64,000 nucleotides of DNA from Octopus sinensis (lineage: Eukaryota): assembly GCF_006345805.1 (NCBI RefSeq), contig NC_042999.1, positions 62,248,001 through 62,312,000 on the forward strand, written 5' to 3'. Made by a program: the position numbers and the translations under genes. Each line of letters starts with the position of its first letter. The first letter of the stretch is position 1. Positions 38,611-51,754 of the stretch are shown one piece after another. Below the pieces are notes generated by a model. The model was given only the letters and a program-made list of their open reading frames with translations. It did no database searches and had not been told where the DNA came from.

Positions 38611-40169
38611 AATACACATTTATGGATAAATATAGATATATAGATGTTCTATTCTGCTTGTAGCTATTCCATTCTTAATAATAAAATCCTTTCTAGTAAA
38701 GACAGATGAAATACTACTAAGCATTTCCCCCAGCATGTTAACAATTCTGCCATCTTAGTGCCTTGTTGTTGATGATGATGATGATGATAATGAAAATAAT
38801 AACTATTCTCCCCAATCTCTACATCCCTCTGGCTTGGTTCTGATATTTTTCATTCAACATCTTTGCTACCCACCCAGTTATCGTATGGTATTGCTAAGTC
38901 TATGATCTTACACTTTGTTTCTTTTGTCCTCTATAATCATATCTGGTATTCTTACTTCAATAGTATGGTCAGTCTTTATGTCCCATAAAATCTTGTAATT
39001 TTTATTCTCTATCATAGCCTCTGGTTTGTGTTCATGTCACTTGTCTTTTATTTTGAAGCCACACACTTGGCTAACATCCCAATGCACTCTTTTACCTACA
39101 AAGTCTTGCCTGCAATTATACTCATTTTGTGCTAGCTTACTGCATTCTCTCAAGAGATTGTTGACCTGCAAAAACAGTGCAATCCTGTATTTTGGAAGAA
39201 TCCTAAGAAGCAGTCTTGAGATTTGAGAAGACTTATCACCAAACCTCTAGATAACATACCTACTAATTAAATTAGCATGTAACAGCTTCGGAATAATAAT
39301 AATTGTCCCAGTAGTAAACAGATGAAAGATAGTTATATTCATGTTAATATTAATAGGAATAACAATAATCATAATAATGTTGGCATTAGTAACGTTGATT
39401 GTGATAGATATAATATGCAGATGGTATAGGAACAATAACATGTGGCATAAACAAATGTAATTGGAGACTACTTAACAATTGCCCTTTGGGTAGTCACTCC
39501 ATATGATATAATGTTGTTCATAGATGCACTGTCTATACAAAACACCAAAATTTGCCAAAATATATTTTGGTTCTTAGACTGGTTTAAAAGGAAACTTCTT
39601 AGCTTATGCCTGCTCATTTTCTAATATTATGCATCAACCCTCCACATTTTAGCAGATTATATCCGTCATCTCAAGGCTAATATTATGTCCTATATTTCCT
39701 GGCCTGATAATAGGACTCGAATGCCTTAACAAGGTCACTGCACTGCATGAAATCAGTGCGGCAGAGAAGCTCTGAAAATTTGACTTGAGAATCGGGATCT
39801 TTTCCTTAATAAACAGAGTATTTACATTCTGCTGTCATTAATTTTCCAAAACATTTGCTTTTTACTGTGGATCAATGTGCTCAAATTATCTGAGATAACA
39901 ATAAACCTATGTTTTCACCTAAAATCCATATCCTACTTTTATCTACTTACATATATGAACTAGGCCTGATTAGTATTAGTTGAAAACAGAAGAAAGGCTA
40001 TATAGTTGATTAGAATCAGACTAGTCAAGACATATCATGAATTGAATTTTGAGGGAAACAGAGTAGAGAATGAAGATCAAAGAGAATTCATTGAAAGGAA
40101 ATAAAAAGAGAAAGCAAGCTAGGCATGCCCTGCTATATAATGGGCAAAACGATCTTTTGGTAGCAATAA

Positions 40170-40537
40170 TCTCTATATATATAAACGGCAAAATGTCTGT
40201 CTGTGTGTGTGTCCTTTATACAAATCCACAATTTTTCAGTTAGAGGGCTCGCACTTTCTATGGTCATTCAAAACTGTCTACGGGTGGTCGTGCACATCTT
40301 TACATTTCCCAAGTCACCCCGCAAAGCCATTAAAAAATCAATAGAAGTCAATTTTTTGTGAATTTTCTCTCCAAAACCCAATCAAAATGCCCAAAACTTG
40401 ATATGCCAATTGAATGCCAGCTAGCTGTATGTGATTGGTCAGAGATTTAGACAATATTCGTGTGTATGTGCACACGCACGCAGCTGTATATGCATGCACT
40501 AGCACTATGACTTGGCATTGCCGGGTCATAGTGCTAG
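40170..40537 (+). mobile_element. 368-bp non-autonomous Helitron
   Basis: A|TCTCTATATATATAAACGGC...CTAGCACTATGACTTGGCATTGCCGGGTCATAGTGCTAG|T. Confidence 0.85.
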
Positions 40538-40799
40538 TACAGTATAAACATCCAAGGGTATTGACTGAGACAGAAGTTGCAAGTAAAATGTAGTGAATTA
40601 AAAAATGTAGAAGAACATAAGACAAAATTAAGAGAAACATGAGGTAAATTAGTAAATTTCTGAAGAGGGGCTATAAAAAAATTATTATATAACCATTACA
40701 TGCATTTTTAAAGACTTTAATGTATCATCAGACTAAAAGTATATTCTAACTCCATGTATGTGTATTTATGTACATTTTGTATAGATATATATAAATATA

Positions 40800-41010
40800 A
40801 GGTGGTGAGCTGGTAGAAACGTAAGCATGCCAGGCGAAATGGTTATTGGTATTTCATCAGTCTTTACATTCTGAGTTCAAATTCCATTGAGGTCAACTTT
40901 GCCTTTCATCCTTTCGGAGTCAATAAATTAAAGTACCAGTTGTGCACTGGGGTCGATCTAATCGACTGGCCCCTCCCCCAAAATTTCGGGCTTTGTGCCT
41001 AGAGTAGAAA
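40800..41010 (+). mobile_element. tRNA-derived SINE (Nin-like)
   Basis: AGGTGGTGAGCTGGTAGAAACG..TTCTGAGTTCAAATTCC..GCCTTTCATCCTTTCGGAGTCAATAAATTAAAGTACCAG. Confidence 0.8.
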
Positions 41011-41105
41011 AGAATATATATAAATATATATATATTCATATGTGTATATGCATATATATATGCATGTGTGCATGTATATATATATATATATATATATATA
41101 CATAC

Positions 41106-41175
<70 letters not shown>

Positions 41176-41521
41176 ATAGGGATAATTCACAAAAAAAACA
41201 AAAGACGAAGACAGGTGGTGTAGACAGCAAACAGATGTATTAGTATAACACTCGGGAAGTGGAAAAGTCTTTAAAGTTTCGAGCCTACCCTCTTCCACAG
41301 AAAGGAACACAGAACGAAAGAAGGAGAGAAAATAAAGAATGTGTAGTGGCTATATAGATTATCATCATCATCGTTTAACGTCTGCTTTTCAGGATAGCAT
41401 GGGTTGGACGATTTTTGACTGAGGGCTGGCAAACCAGATGGCTGCACCAGGCTCCAGTCTTGATATAGTTATAATTTTCTTACGAAACACGTATATAGCA
41501 TAGAGATAACATATTTTCACA

Positions 41522-41790
41522 AATATGAAGCATATAAAATATTTTTATACACAGAGAGGAGACCTTTAACAGGACTCCTTACATGCTAGAAAGAGCAGTT
41601 AAAACCCAAACCTCAAAAAAAGAATTTGGGAGGCATGCTGTTATAACACCATTTTATGTTTGTTTGGTGTTATAACAGCATGCCCCATGAATTCTTTTTT
41701 CTGTGGTTTGGGTTTTAACTGCTCTTTCTAGCATGTAAGGAGTCCTGTCAAGGGTCTCCTCTCTGTGTATAAAAATATTTTATTCATATT
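41522..41790. mobile_element. Foldback/MITE-like element, ~125-bp arms and 13-nt loop
   Basis: 41522-41651 is close to the reverse complement of 41665-41790. Confidence 0.85.
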
Positions 41791-42436
41791 ATATTTTATA
41801 TATATATATATTTCTGCCCACAACCTTCGAAAAGAGAAAATGTGCTTATACTGTCTCCTTCATAAGCTCGTCTTCCTCACGTTCAGAATTTTTCTATTGT
41901 CTTGGCTTAACAACCCTTACTATTTGTTTTTTACTGTTTCGTTCTCACTGTCCTGTTCTTTTTACTGTCTTGTTCTCACTGTTCTGTTCTTGTTACCATT
42001 TTCACGCTCCGCAAAAAATTCCAAATTTTATTTAATTTGCTTTGCGGGAAGGACTGTTTCAACAAAGTCGTGTCTTGTCCTTGCCTTCATAACGCGGAGT
42101 AGATGAAACAGGGACAACTGAAGAAGGGGAATATTCTTTTTGTTGTATGCTTTGTTTCTCTGTTTGTTTTTTTCGTTGTCCGAAAAAATGTTCGTTTCTA
42201 TGTTTTTGTTTTTATGTTTTCATTTCTCATTGTGTTTAACGTTTTTTGATGTCCTGTACCCATATATGCATGTATATATACATATATATGTAGGTATGTA
42301 CATATATGTATGTATATATGCATATATTTATGTTATTTATATTATGTATATATGTATATATATGTATGTATATATATATATATATATGTATATGTATGTA
42401 TATATATATATGTATATGTATGTATGTATGTATATA

Positions 42437-42469
<33 letters not shown>

Positions 42470-42600
42470 ATATATATGTATGTATGTATGTATATATATA
42501 TATATGTATATATATATGTATGTATATATATATATGTATATATATATGTATGTATATATATATATGTATGTATATATATATGTATATATGTATGTATATC

Positions 42601-42925
42601 TGAGACCCCCCTTCGATCATGACACAGACCATAGGATTGCACCTAGAAAGTTACCCTCCCAGGCACCAGTCTGGGCAAGGTTGTTTATGGAAGACCAACA
42701 GTCGCCCAAGCATACCAGCCTCCCCTCTCTATGCCACCGATGTTATCCAAAGGAAAGGCAAAGGCCAATACAGCTTGGCACCAGTGACATCGCAACTCAT
42801 TTCTACAGCTGAGTGAACTGGAGCAACGTGATATAAAGTGTCTTGCTCAAGAACACAACATGCAGCCTGGTCTGGGATTCGAACTCACAACCTCACGGTC
42901 GTAAGTTTGACCATGCGCCTTCATA
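42601..42925 (-). mobile_element. tRNA-derived SINE
   Basis: Similar to 16965-17325. Confidence 0.8.
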
Positions 42926-43014
42926 TAATATATATATTAATAATAATAATATAACAACAAATGAATAAATGAGACCTCGATATTATGTAAATAGAGGAAT
43001 TTATCGATAATATA

Positions 43015-43123
43015 ATATGTGACAATTAGTTGGTTGCCAAAATAAAACTCAGTTTTGGTGACGAGATGCCCCGACATCCGAAACTCTGAGTTTTATTATG
43101 GCAACCGACTAATTGTCACATAT
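43015..43123. repeat. 38-bp-arm hairpin whose loop holds a degenerate hammerhead-like core
   Basis: Arms at 43015-43052 and 43086-43123. Loop reads GTGACGA-GATG ccccga CATC-C-GAAAC. Confidence 0.65.
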
Positions 43124-43626
43124 AATATTATATATATATATATATTCATATAAGGGTGTGAAGTGGCAGAATCTTTAACACATTGAATAAGGGTCAATAA
43201 AATAAAGTACCAGTTATATGTCAGGGTTGATATAATCAACTTCCCCACTCCTATCATAACTAGTGGCATCTCATTCAGGCCAATATGATCTTGGTCACTT
43301 ATGTACGCCACGGACACTGAGTAACCAGCTTGGGATCAAGAGAAGAAAATGAGTGTGTGTGTGTATGTATGTTGTTTTATTAAAGCTAAAAGATCATCAC
43401 AAACTGTTTTTCCGAGATTCACATGACCATTTATCAGACAGGTACAATAATAGAGACTAGTCTGTATTATCACAACTACCTGATAAACAGTCAAAGTAAA
43501 GGTTTGTGAAATTTTGGGGGAGGTTGATTATAACAGTTTTTTGCTCTACCATTGGTATTTGAGTGACTTTTTCTCACCTTGTTTTGCACCTATGTGCTGA
43601 CTTGTGTGTGTGTGTGTGTGTTCATA

Positions 43627-44521
43627 CAGGGTGCAATGGGTAAATTGTTGCCATTTTATATTTTTAATTTCGTGCATGCACATTGTTTTTTTTTGGGGTT
43701 TTTTTTGTCGACTACACAGTAAAGTAGAGTCAGTTGGGCACCGTCTATGAGAAAAACAGCACCATGACGCAATTCACTCTACCAGAAATTTGGAAATGAC
43801 ATGCTGTACTGCTTGGCAGTCACGCCAGAAGTTCCAATATGTACATTTCAGAGTGTTTGGGTATCAATCTGAGGATAGTACAATCCTAGGACATGTACCG
43901 AGAATGATAAAAATCAAACATTCAATCAACATCATAGTGTTTGGAGTGATCACCAGTGGTGGCGACGTTATGCCTCCATTCATCTTCCCACACAGCCTCT
44001 AACTCAACATGGAGGCCTATATCAAGTGCCTGGAGGAGGTAGTGCTGCCCTGGATCAAGAGGGTGACTGCTGGAAGACCCTATATATGGCAACAGGACTC
44101 TGAACCATGCCATACAAACAGGAGAACCCAGTCGTGGCTATCAGACAATTTCTGCGACCACACCACCCTTAACATCTGGCCACTTAACTCCCCAGACTGC
44201 AACCCCCTCGATTATTATGTGTGGGGTGCAGTTGAGTGAGAGACCAACAAAACACCTTGTAACACCGAAGATGAACTGAAGGCAAGAATTATGGCAGCAT
44301 TCACCAACTTAAACAAGGAGACCATCCAGAAGAGTTGCAGGAGATTCCAAAGTCGTCTGGAGGCTGTGGTTGAAGCCAATGGTGATTTTATTGAATAAAT
44401 TTACTTCTTAGTATTTAAAGATATTTTTTATATAATTTTGGCAAATATATCTGTTAAAATGAGATGTCAGTGTTATCTTCATTTTTGCGTAACTTAGACA
44501 ATAGTTTATCACCATAACCTG
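43627..44521 (+). mobile_element. Internally deleted Tc1/mariner DNA transposon, DD37D (maT-type)
   Basis: TA|CAGGGTGCAATGGGTAAATTG ... TTTATCACCATAACCTG|TA imperfect TIRs. Transposase relic 43764-44398 with WQQDSEPCH..WPLNSPDCNPLDYYVW and 37 residues between the last two Asp. In-frame stops; the central part is missing at ~43885. Confidence 0.9.
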
Positions 44522-44524
44522 TAC

Positions 44525-44729
44525 ATATGTATGTATAACTATATGTGCATGTGTGTGTGTGAGTGTGTATACCTATATATATATAAGTATACATATATAT
44601 ATATGTATATATATATATTTATAGATGTCTATATATATGTATACGTATACATATATGTGTATACATTTATATACATATGTATATATATATGCATATATAT
44701 ATATATATATATATATGCATATATATATG

Positions 44730-44780
<51 letters not shown>

Positions 44781-45369
44781 GTATATATATATATACATAT
44801 GTATATATATATGCATATATATATATATATATATATATGCATATATATATGTATATATATATATATATATGCATATATATATGTATGCATATATGCATAT
44901 ATATAGATTTAGAAATATATGCACATGCATATATCATCATCATCATCGTTTAGCATCCACTAGCATGGAAAGCAGACGCTAAACAATGATGATGATATAT
45001 ACATGTGCATATATTTCTAAATATATGCATACAAGTATACATATATGCATATACATACATGTGCATATATTTGTAAATATATACATACATGCATGTATAT
45101 ATATATATATATGTTGACATATATGCATTTATTTTCACATATGTCTCTGTGTGTGTGTGAGTATACATATATACATTTGCATAATGTATATATATATATA
45201 TGTGTGTATATGCAAATAAATGCATATATCTCTATATATGCATATATGCACATTTTTAAATATATGCATATATTTGCATATACGCATACACACACATATA
45301 TATACATATATGCAAATGTATATATGTATACTCACACACACACATATGTGCAAATAAATGCATATATGT

Positions 45370-45413
<44 letters not shown>

Positions 45414-46270
45414 GCATGTATGTATATATTTACAAATATATACATATGTATATACATGCATGTATGTATATATTTACTAATATATACATATGTATATACA
45501 TGCATGTATGTATATATTTACAAATATATACATATGTATATAAATGTATACACATATATATAAACGTATACATATATATAGAAATCTATAAATATATATA
45601 TATATATATACATATATATATGTATACTTATATATATATATATATGTATACTTATATATATATATATAGGTATACTTATATATATTATATATATATATAG
45701 GTAGACACACACACACACACACACACACACAGATGCACACTCATGTATACATGTTATGTGTAGATATATTTTTATATGTTTATAGACATACATGTGCAAT
45801 GCATATATATATATGCATACACGTGTTTGTATATATATATATATATATATATGTATGTAAAGTCTACACATCTGTACATTAGTATGTATACTAAGATACA
45901 GATGTATATGTGCTTATATGTGCTGTATGCATATATATATATACATGCATATATATGTACGCTTCTGTGTATACGTGTATATATAAATATATATATATAT
46001 ATGTGTGTGTGTGTTTATAAACGTATGCATATATGTATGCAATTTTGTATGTATATATAAATGTTTGTATACATAAATGTAGAAAAAGGCATCTGCATTT
46101 GAATATACATAGCTACAATATTTATATATATATATTTATGTATACAAATGCATGTATGTATATGCTTGTATTTTCTGCTTATATACATACAAGAATGTGT
46201 TTTTGATACACATATATCAATGTGTATCCGTGTATGTACAAATATACACTCATACTAATATTTATATGTT
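44525..46270. repeat. Long (TA)/(TGCA)/(CA) compound low-complexity block
   Basis: Direct; includes a small SINE tail remnant at ~44935-44995. Confidence 0.9.
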
Positions 46271-46539
46271 AATGTATATGTACATAATTTTGCGCGTGAG
46301 GCTCTACTGTAACAGTTTATATTGTAGTTTGGTCCAGTATTTTAATAGAAGCATTGAAGATAATTTTATGCATTTTCTCCTGTATCAATGAAAATTTTTT
46401 GTCTTGATTTGCATTCAGGTTTTTCTTAAAACTAAATACCTCGGATGCATTTTTAAAAATTATTTTCCTTGCGTATCTCTGTAATGTCAACCAAATCTCC
46501 CTTCCTCTCCATAAAATCGCCTTTCTTTCTTAGTTTTTA

Positions 46540-46690
46540 CCAGACTCCCTTCCTCACCGAAGGCTTTTGTAGTCGCTATCCCTCGTGATTGGTAATTACA
46601 TATTCAAACAACTATTCATGTGAAACTTGGCTTCTGGAATTCTTCAGTTTCGGTCGCCCTCTTCTCCATCTCTCCAGTCTGCAGGTAAAT
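46540..46690 (+). promoter_or_regulatory. Candidate promoter and short first exon
   Basis: TE-free stretch with several CpGs, ATTGG (reverse CCAAT) at ~46588, Inr-like TCAGTT at 46644-46649 and CAG|GTAAAT donor at 46684/46685. Motif-level evidence only. Confidence 0.3.
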
Positions 46691-48695
46691 GCTACTTGCT
46701 TGATTAACAACTGATGCTACAGTTGCCATTATCTTGCGATCGTATTTTATTTGAGGAAGAATTGTTATACTATAGAGAATAAATAAAACCCTTTTGTTGA
46801 CATTTCTCTTGTCTGTTTTTCTGTTATATTAGAATCTTTGTATGAAGCTGGTATGTATGTGATAAAGGGAGAGAGAGAAAGAGAGAATTAAACCGAAACG
46901 TGTATTTTTTAATTCGAAATTTATAGTCAGTTGCCGTTTTATTAGTACTACTATTTGGCATAGGTTGTTATTTTGTTAAATTTAATTTTATCGTCATTCG
47001 CCTATGTAGAACTTACATGTCTTCCTCTTCGTTTTAGAATTAAGCGTGTTCGACGTAGTTCACCTTAAATACTTTAGAAGATAATAAATGTAAATTAAGC
47101 CTATATTATATGACAAGTGGATAATAAAAGTAAAAGAAGAAAAGAACGGAGTGTGATGGCGAGTCATCAGTTTAAAAAGGAAAAAATATTACGAAGAAAT
47201 TACTCATTTTTTTTTTATAAATATCAACAAGTCTTCGATAACATGAAAAGAAATTTTTCAGTGAAGTATAATGTTAGCGTTATTATTAATTTTATTTAGT
47301 GAAAACGTTTAAAAACGAACGTTTTCTTTCCCCTTTTTTCAATCTATAATAAGACTCCATATCTTACTAGAGATACCATCCACCATCTTGCTCTTAATTA
47401 TCATTTCTTGTGTAATTTTGCTTTAGTCTTCCAGAAACATTTGTATTAATGCGCATATTTAGAATATAACTCCACTAGCTTCTTATTTATCGGTGAATGA
47501 TTCCGAATTTTGCTGACAACCCTTGCAATATCCATTGATTTATTTTATTTTTCTTTATTTTAATTATTTCAATGATTGCAGGCAACTCTCATTGACATAT
47601 ATGTTGTGCTCTTTCGGAAACGATTTCCTCTTCAACAAGTGGTTTATTAACATTATTATTCGCGGTAATATCATTATTAGCACATTACTTAGTACAACTA
47701 ATAATATTATTATTATCCTTCCGGGTTCAATGAAATTAAGCACCAGCCAAGTACTGTGGTTGATTTAATCGACTAATTCCTCCCCCTAACTGTCTGGTCT
47801 TGTGTCTAAGTAAGAAATTATTATTCTTATTATTCTCATGAATACAGCCTTTAATTGTATTTCAGATAACTGAACTATTTATTTCCCGTGTCCTTGCAAC
47901 TTCCTTATGCAAGGCTTCGTGAATTGTTCTTGCTGTATCCGGCTCTCTCCATTTGTCTTGCTTCGTTTTTAGTAACTCTTTAATAAGTCTGTCGTAAGTT
48001 CAAATCCGCTTGAATTCAAATTTAAAATCAGCTTTTTATGATCGACTTAGTTCGGATAGTATTTTTTTCCTTCTTATACTAGCATTTATTAAAAACAATT
48101 CGGTTTAACAAGGATCAATTCTTTATGACTAAATTTGTCAAACAAAAAACGTATACCGCGCAATAATCAAATGATCAGTGACCACCTCTCACGAATTTTT
48201 AAATATCATTTTGAAGGCCGTATAAGAGGAAACAAATACACCTCTTTACAGAAACGTTATTGTGTTTAGCTCCATTGACTGAACCGACTTATTTTCAGAT
48301 ACATCCTAGCCATGACCATCCAGTTTTTCCCTCCCTCATCTTGGACTACAATCTCTAATCTGTCGTTCCATATTTATAACGGTAGGGTTTGATATAGGGG
48401 AGTTTTGGCTGCCGTAAGTGGAGTAACAGCAGTCAAATTTCCATGGTGAAACTGGGTTCATTGATTGGGTTGATGTGCTTTTGGTGTGAACTGGATAAAA
48501 ATGAGTTGCCTACTCATCTGGGAGAGGTGGCTGGTTTCCTTTAGATCACAATAATATAGCAGTGATCAAAACTTAGGCAGAGGTATTATAGATTTTTTTG
48601 AAAATGTTATTTAATACATATTACTTGATCAACTGACACCCTGACAACTCCAAATTTCTGACCTGCTTATTTTAGAAATCAGAATTATTATTGAA

Positions 48696-48912
48696 AGGGG
48701 TTGCCAGTGCCGCCTGACTGGCCCCGTGCCAGTGGCACGTAAAAGCACCCACTACACTCTCGGAGTGGTTGGCGTTAGGAAGGGCATCCAGCTGTAGAAA
48801 CTCTGCCAGATCAAGATCGAAGCCTGGTGCAGCCATCTGGTTCGCCAGCCCTCAGTCATTCGTCCAATCCATGCTAGCATGGAAAGCGGACGTTAAATGA
48901 TGATGATGATGA
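48696..48912 (+). mobile_element. Young-looking 3' part of the (GAT)n-tailed SINE
   Basis: Intact core TTAGGAAGGGCATCCAGCTGTAGAAACTCTGCC and tail. Confidence 0.85.
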
Positions 48913-50744
48913 GGGTGGGATTAGTGCGAAAAACTGTTGAGTGACCAGTGAGATATTATTTACTTTTGTCTCTTTATTATTGTTCTTATTTTTTATTCAA
49001 ATCTTGCTGGTTTTAACAAAGTCTTTCATTCTTCTGGTGTTGATAACTGAATTGACCAGTGACCAGTGTTGATTACAGAATTATCAGTGATATACTGCTG
49101 AATTTATATCAACTTATTCCACCTGCCTTCCACTGAAATTTGTGTACTTGTGTTTATAAGAAATTAATCTAATATTGTTTCACGTGTCATACCAGATTGT
49201 TGGCATATATTTGCTGTATTGGCTACATTCCATAAAATATACATTTATATGTTTTCAGCATAGGGAAGAAAGCAATTTTTGCAAATACATGTAGTTTACA
49301 TCAGTCTAAATATTTGTTTTCCTTATGAAATGACTTCCTTAAATTGTGAGTATTCCTTAACAAATATAAAATGAATACTTTGCACTTGTTTGATGGGTAT
49401 CTTAGTTGGGTGTTATTTAGTAGTTCACAAATAAGCTTCAATCTTTGTCTGTTTTGAAACAATGATATTTCTCAACAAACTGCTTTCCAAAATGCCTCCA
49501 TAAATTCAAAATCATCTCAGAATAATGCATGAAGAAAAAAATTCCTGGGTCTTAGGTTCTCACAATAAAACAGAAAATTTTTTTTTAAAGCTTCAAACCT
49601 GATAATTGTAATAGAGTGATATAGAAATGTTGCCAATTTTTTAACATTGAAGTCTTTTTCTTTCTCTATCAGTTTCTCTTTACTTCCATCCTCTCTCTTC
49701 TGCTCTCCACATCTCTCTCTCTCTCTTTCATGCACACGCCACATGCAGTTTCACTCTTATCTCTTAGATAACAATGTCTAGAGAGTATATTCTGGAACGC
49801 TAGAAATTCTTTGGTTCACATTTGTTTCGCATTTAAATTTGTTTATATCTATAATATATTTGGGTATTGAACTGTTAATTTGTATATCATTATCTTTTAA
49901 TGTTTATCTTCTAAGATGGCATAGGCTGAATGATTCAACAGGATCCAATGAGTTGAAGGACTGTGTTGTATTCCAGTAACTGCTTTGACATGGTTCTAAA
50001 GCTGAATGACCTTCCTAATAAACTACTTTACAGAGTGAACTGTGTGTATTTTTCAAGGTATCAGTACTAGTGAGTTGCCATATGATTCTCAAGGCTGAAA
50101 AAGCCTTCTTGACTGAATGAGAGGGATTGGGCTTTGTGCTAGATGTTGAGTGGAGAGGTTAAAGTATGACAGAAGGGACAGAAATAGATTTCTTACTGTA
50201 GAGGAGATATGTGGCTACCCTGCCCTATATAAGGGTGCATGGAGCTAGAAAGAGAGCTGAAGATGGTGGTGATAAGATGTCAGAGCATAACCTTAACCCT
50301 TAGGGTAAAGGAAGATGAATGGAAGAGAGTGTGGGGACAAGATCAGGAAGGATGGATGGGTATAGGTTAAAAGAGTTGGGGGAAATTAGAGATGGGTTTA
50401 TATAGTGGTGACCAAAGTAAATATGAAACAGTGTTAAGTTTGATGTATTGGTGTCAGCAGGAAGTAGTTCAAGGGAGAGAAGGAACTGGTAGCATAGGAA
50501 AGGTAATGAATTGAAAATATGAGTGGGGATGGCCAATGTTAAGATTGACAAATGGTTTGTCAAAAAGAAGAGTAAGAGTTAAAATATGTTGTTCTGCTCT
50601 CAGTTAATAACAACAGTCGAATAATTTAGTAGTTAGAAGAATGATAGGAAGACGAGATGAGGGGTTAGGGAAAGTTTGGTGGGTACTAATTTGTGTGAGG
50701 GGCCCAATTATGTGCTTATACATGATGCTTTTAAAACCTTAGTT

Positions 50745-51320
50745 TCACTGTGAAGGGCAGGTCTTCTCAAGCACCACATACTGTCAATCAGCATCCTGAG
50801 GTTGACCTTCACTATGTTGTCCTACATCTTACTGAGTCTCCTTCCATGGGTTCCATAATCATTAAGCAGTTGCCCTCATCCAAACATGTTACATGCCTAT
50901 ACCAATGCAGTCTTCTCTCTTGCCTATTTCATCTGATTGCACTTATACCTAGTTTTTATCTCAAAACATTTCCACTCTGTCATTCATGTATACTTACATC
51001 ACACATGCAGAGGAGCATGTTTGTTTCATTTCCTTTTAGTGTTTGCAAGTCCTCTGTATTCAGGGTCCATATCTCACCTCAGTCTACTTTCATTCTGAGA
51101 GAGAAACTGTTAGGTTATCAGCAGAGACCAATTGTAATAGGCATCTGAGCGTTCTCCAGCTGATTCTTCTTTACTTTCAGAGCATTCTTCTCCACTGTTA
51201 ATTATATTACTTAAGAAGTACTTCAGAGGTAATAATAAAACCTATCTAGTATCTCTAGGGAACCTCCTGGACATTTTAGAAAATCTGTTTCCCATGTACT
51301 CTTAGTATTTAATGCTCGTG
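50745..51320 (-). mobile_element. Decayed RTE-clade LINE fragment
   Basis: Reverse complement is homologous to 36460-37030 (..CCAGGAGGTTCCCTAGAG.., ..GCTTGAGAAGACC..). Confidence 0.65.
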
Positions 51321-51391
51321 TGCATATGCAACATTTGAAATATTATGTGGTTGTGTGTATTCATCTCTCTCTCTCTCGCTCACACACCCTC

Positions 51392-51560
51392 CCAGTTGAG
51401 GGAACCTGTGGAAGAGGTAGACCCAGGAAGACCTGGGATGAAGTAGTGAATATGACCTTCAAACGTTGGGCCTCACGGGGGCGATGACAAGTGACCAAGA
51501 CCTTTGGAGATATGCTGTGCTTGAGAAGACCCAGCAAGCCAAATGAGACCATTACTGTGG
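51392..51560 (+). mobile_element. RTE-clade LINE 3' end
   Basis: VEGTCGRGRPRKTWDEVV, then TGGAGATATGCTGTGCTTGAGAAGACC. Confidence 0.75.
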
Positions 51561-51754
51561 CTTTTGCCAGTGCAGCGTAACTGGCCCATTTATGAGTATC
51601 CTTCAATCATTGGGTAATAAACTGCTGAGTCAAGTGAAGTGATTGTCATGGCCAATGACAGTACCACCAGGTTGGCACCCCTGCTGGCTGCATGTAAAAA
51701 GCACCTTTTGAGCATGGTCAATGCCAGTGCCACCTAGTCAATGCCAGTAGCTTG

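Noticed and set aside
41268-41312. Minus-strand ..GAAGAG-GGTAG-GCTCGAAAC.. hammerhead-like motif
   Set aside because: No valid CUGANGA or compensated core register and no NUH/stem III in this copy. It may be a decayed repeat terminus but is not supportable as a ribozyme.
42110-42150. CTGAAGA followed by a GC-rich stem
   Set aside because: No downstream GAAA or stem III, so it is not a hammerhead.
43764-44398. Active mariner transposase
   Set aside because: In-frame stops and an internal deletion remove most of the DNA-binding region and the first catalytic Asp.
49916-50057. Apparent exon with acceptor, ATG (MVLKLNDLPNK..) and AAG|GTATCA donor
   Set aside because: The sequence is a decayed reverse copy of the SINE core (GGTTCTAAAGCTGAATGACCTTCCTAA vs GTTTCTACAGCTGGATGCCCTTCCTAA).
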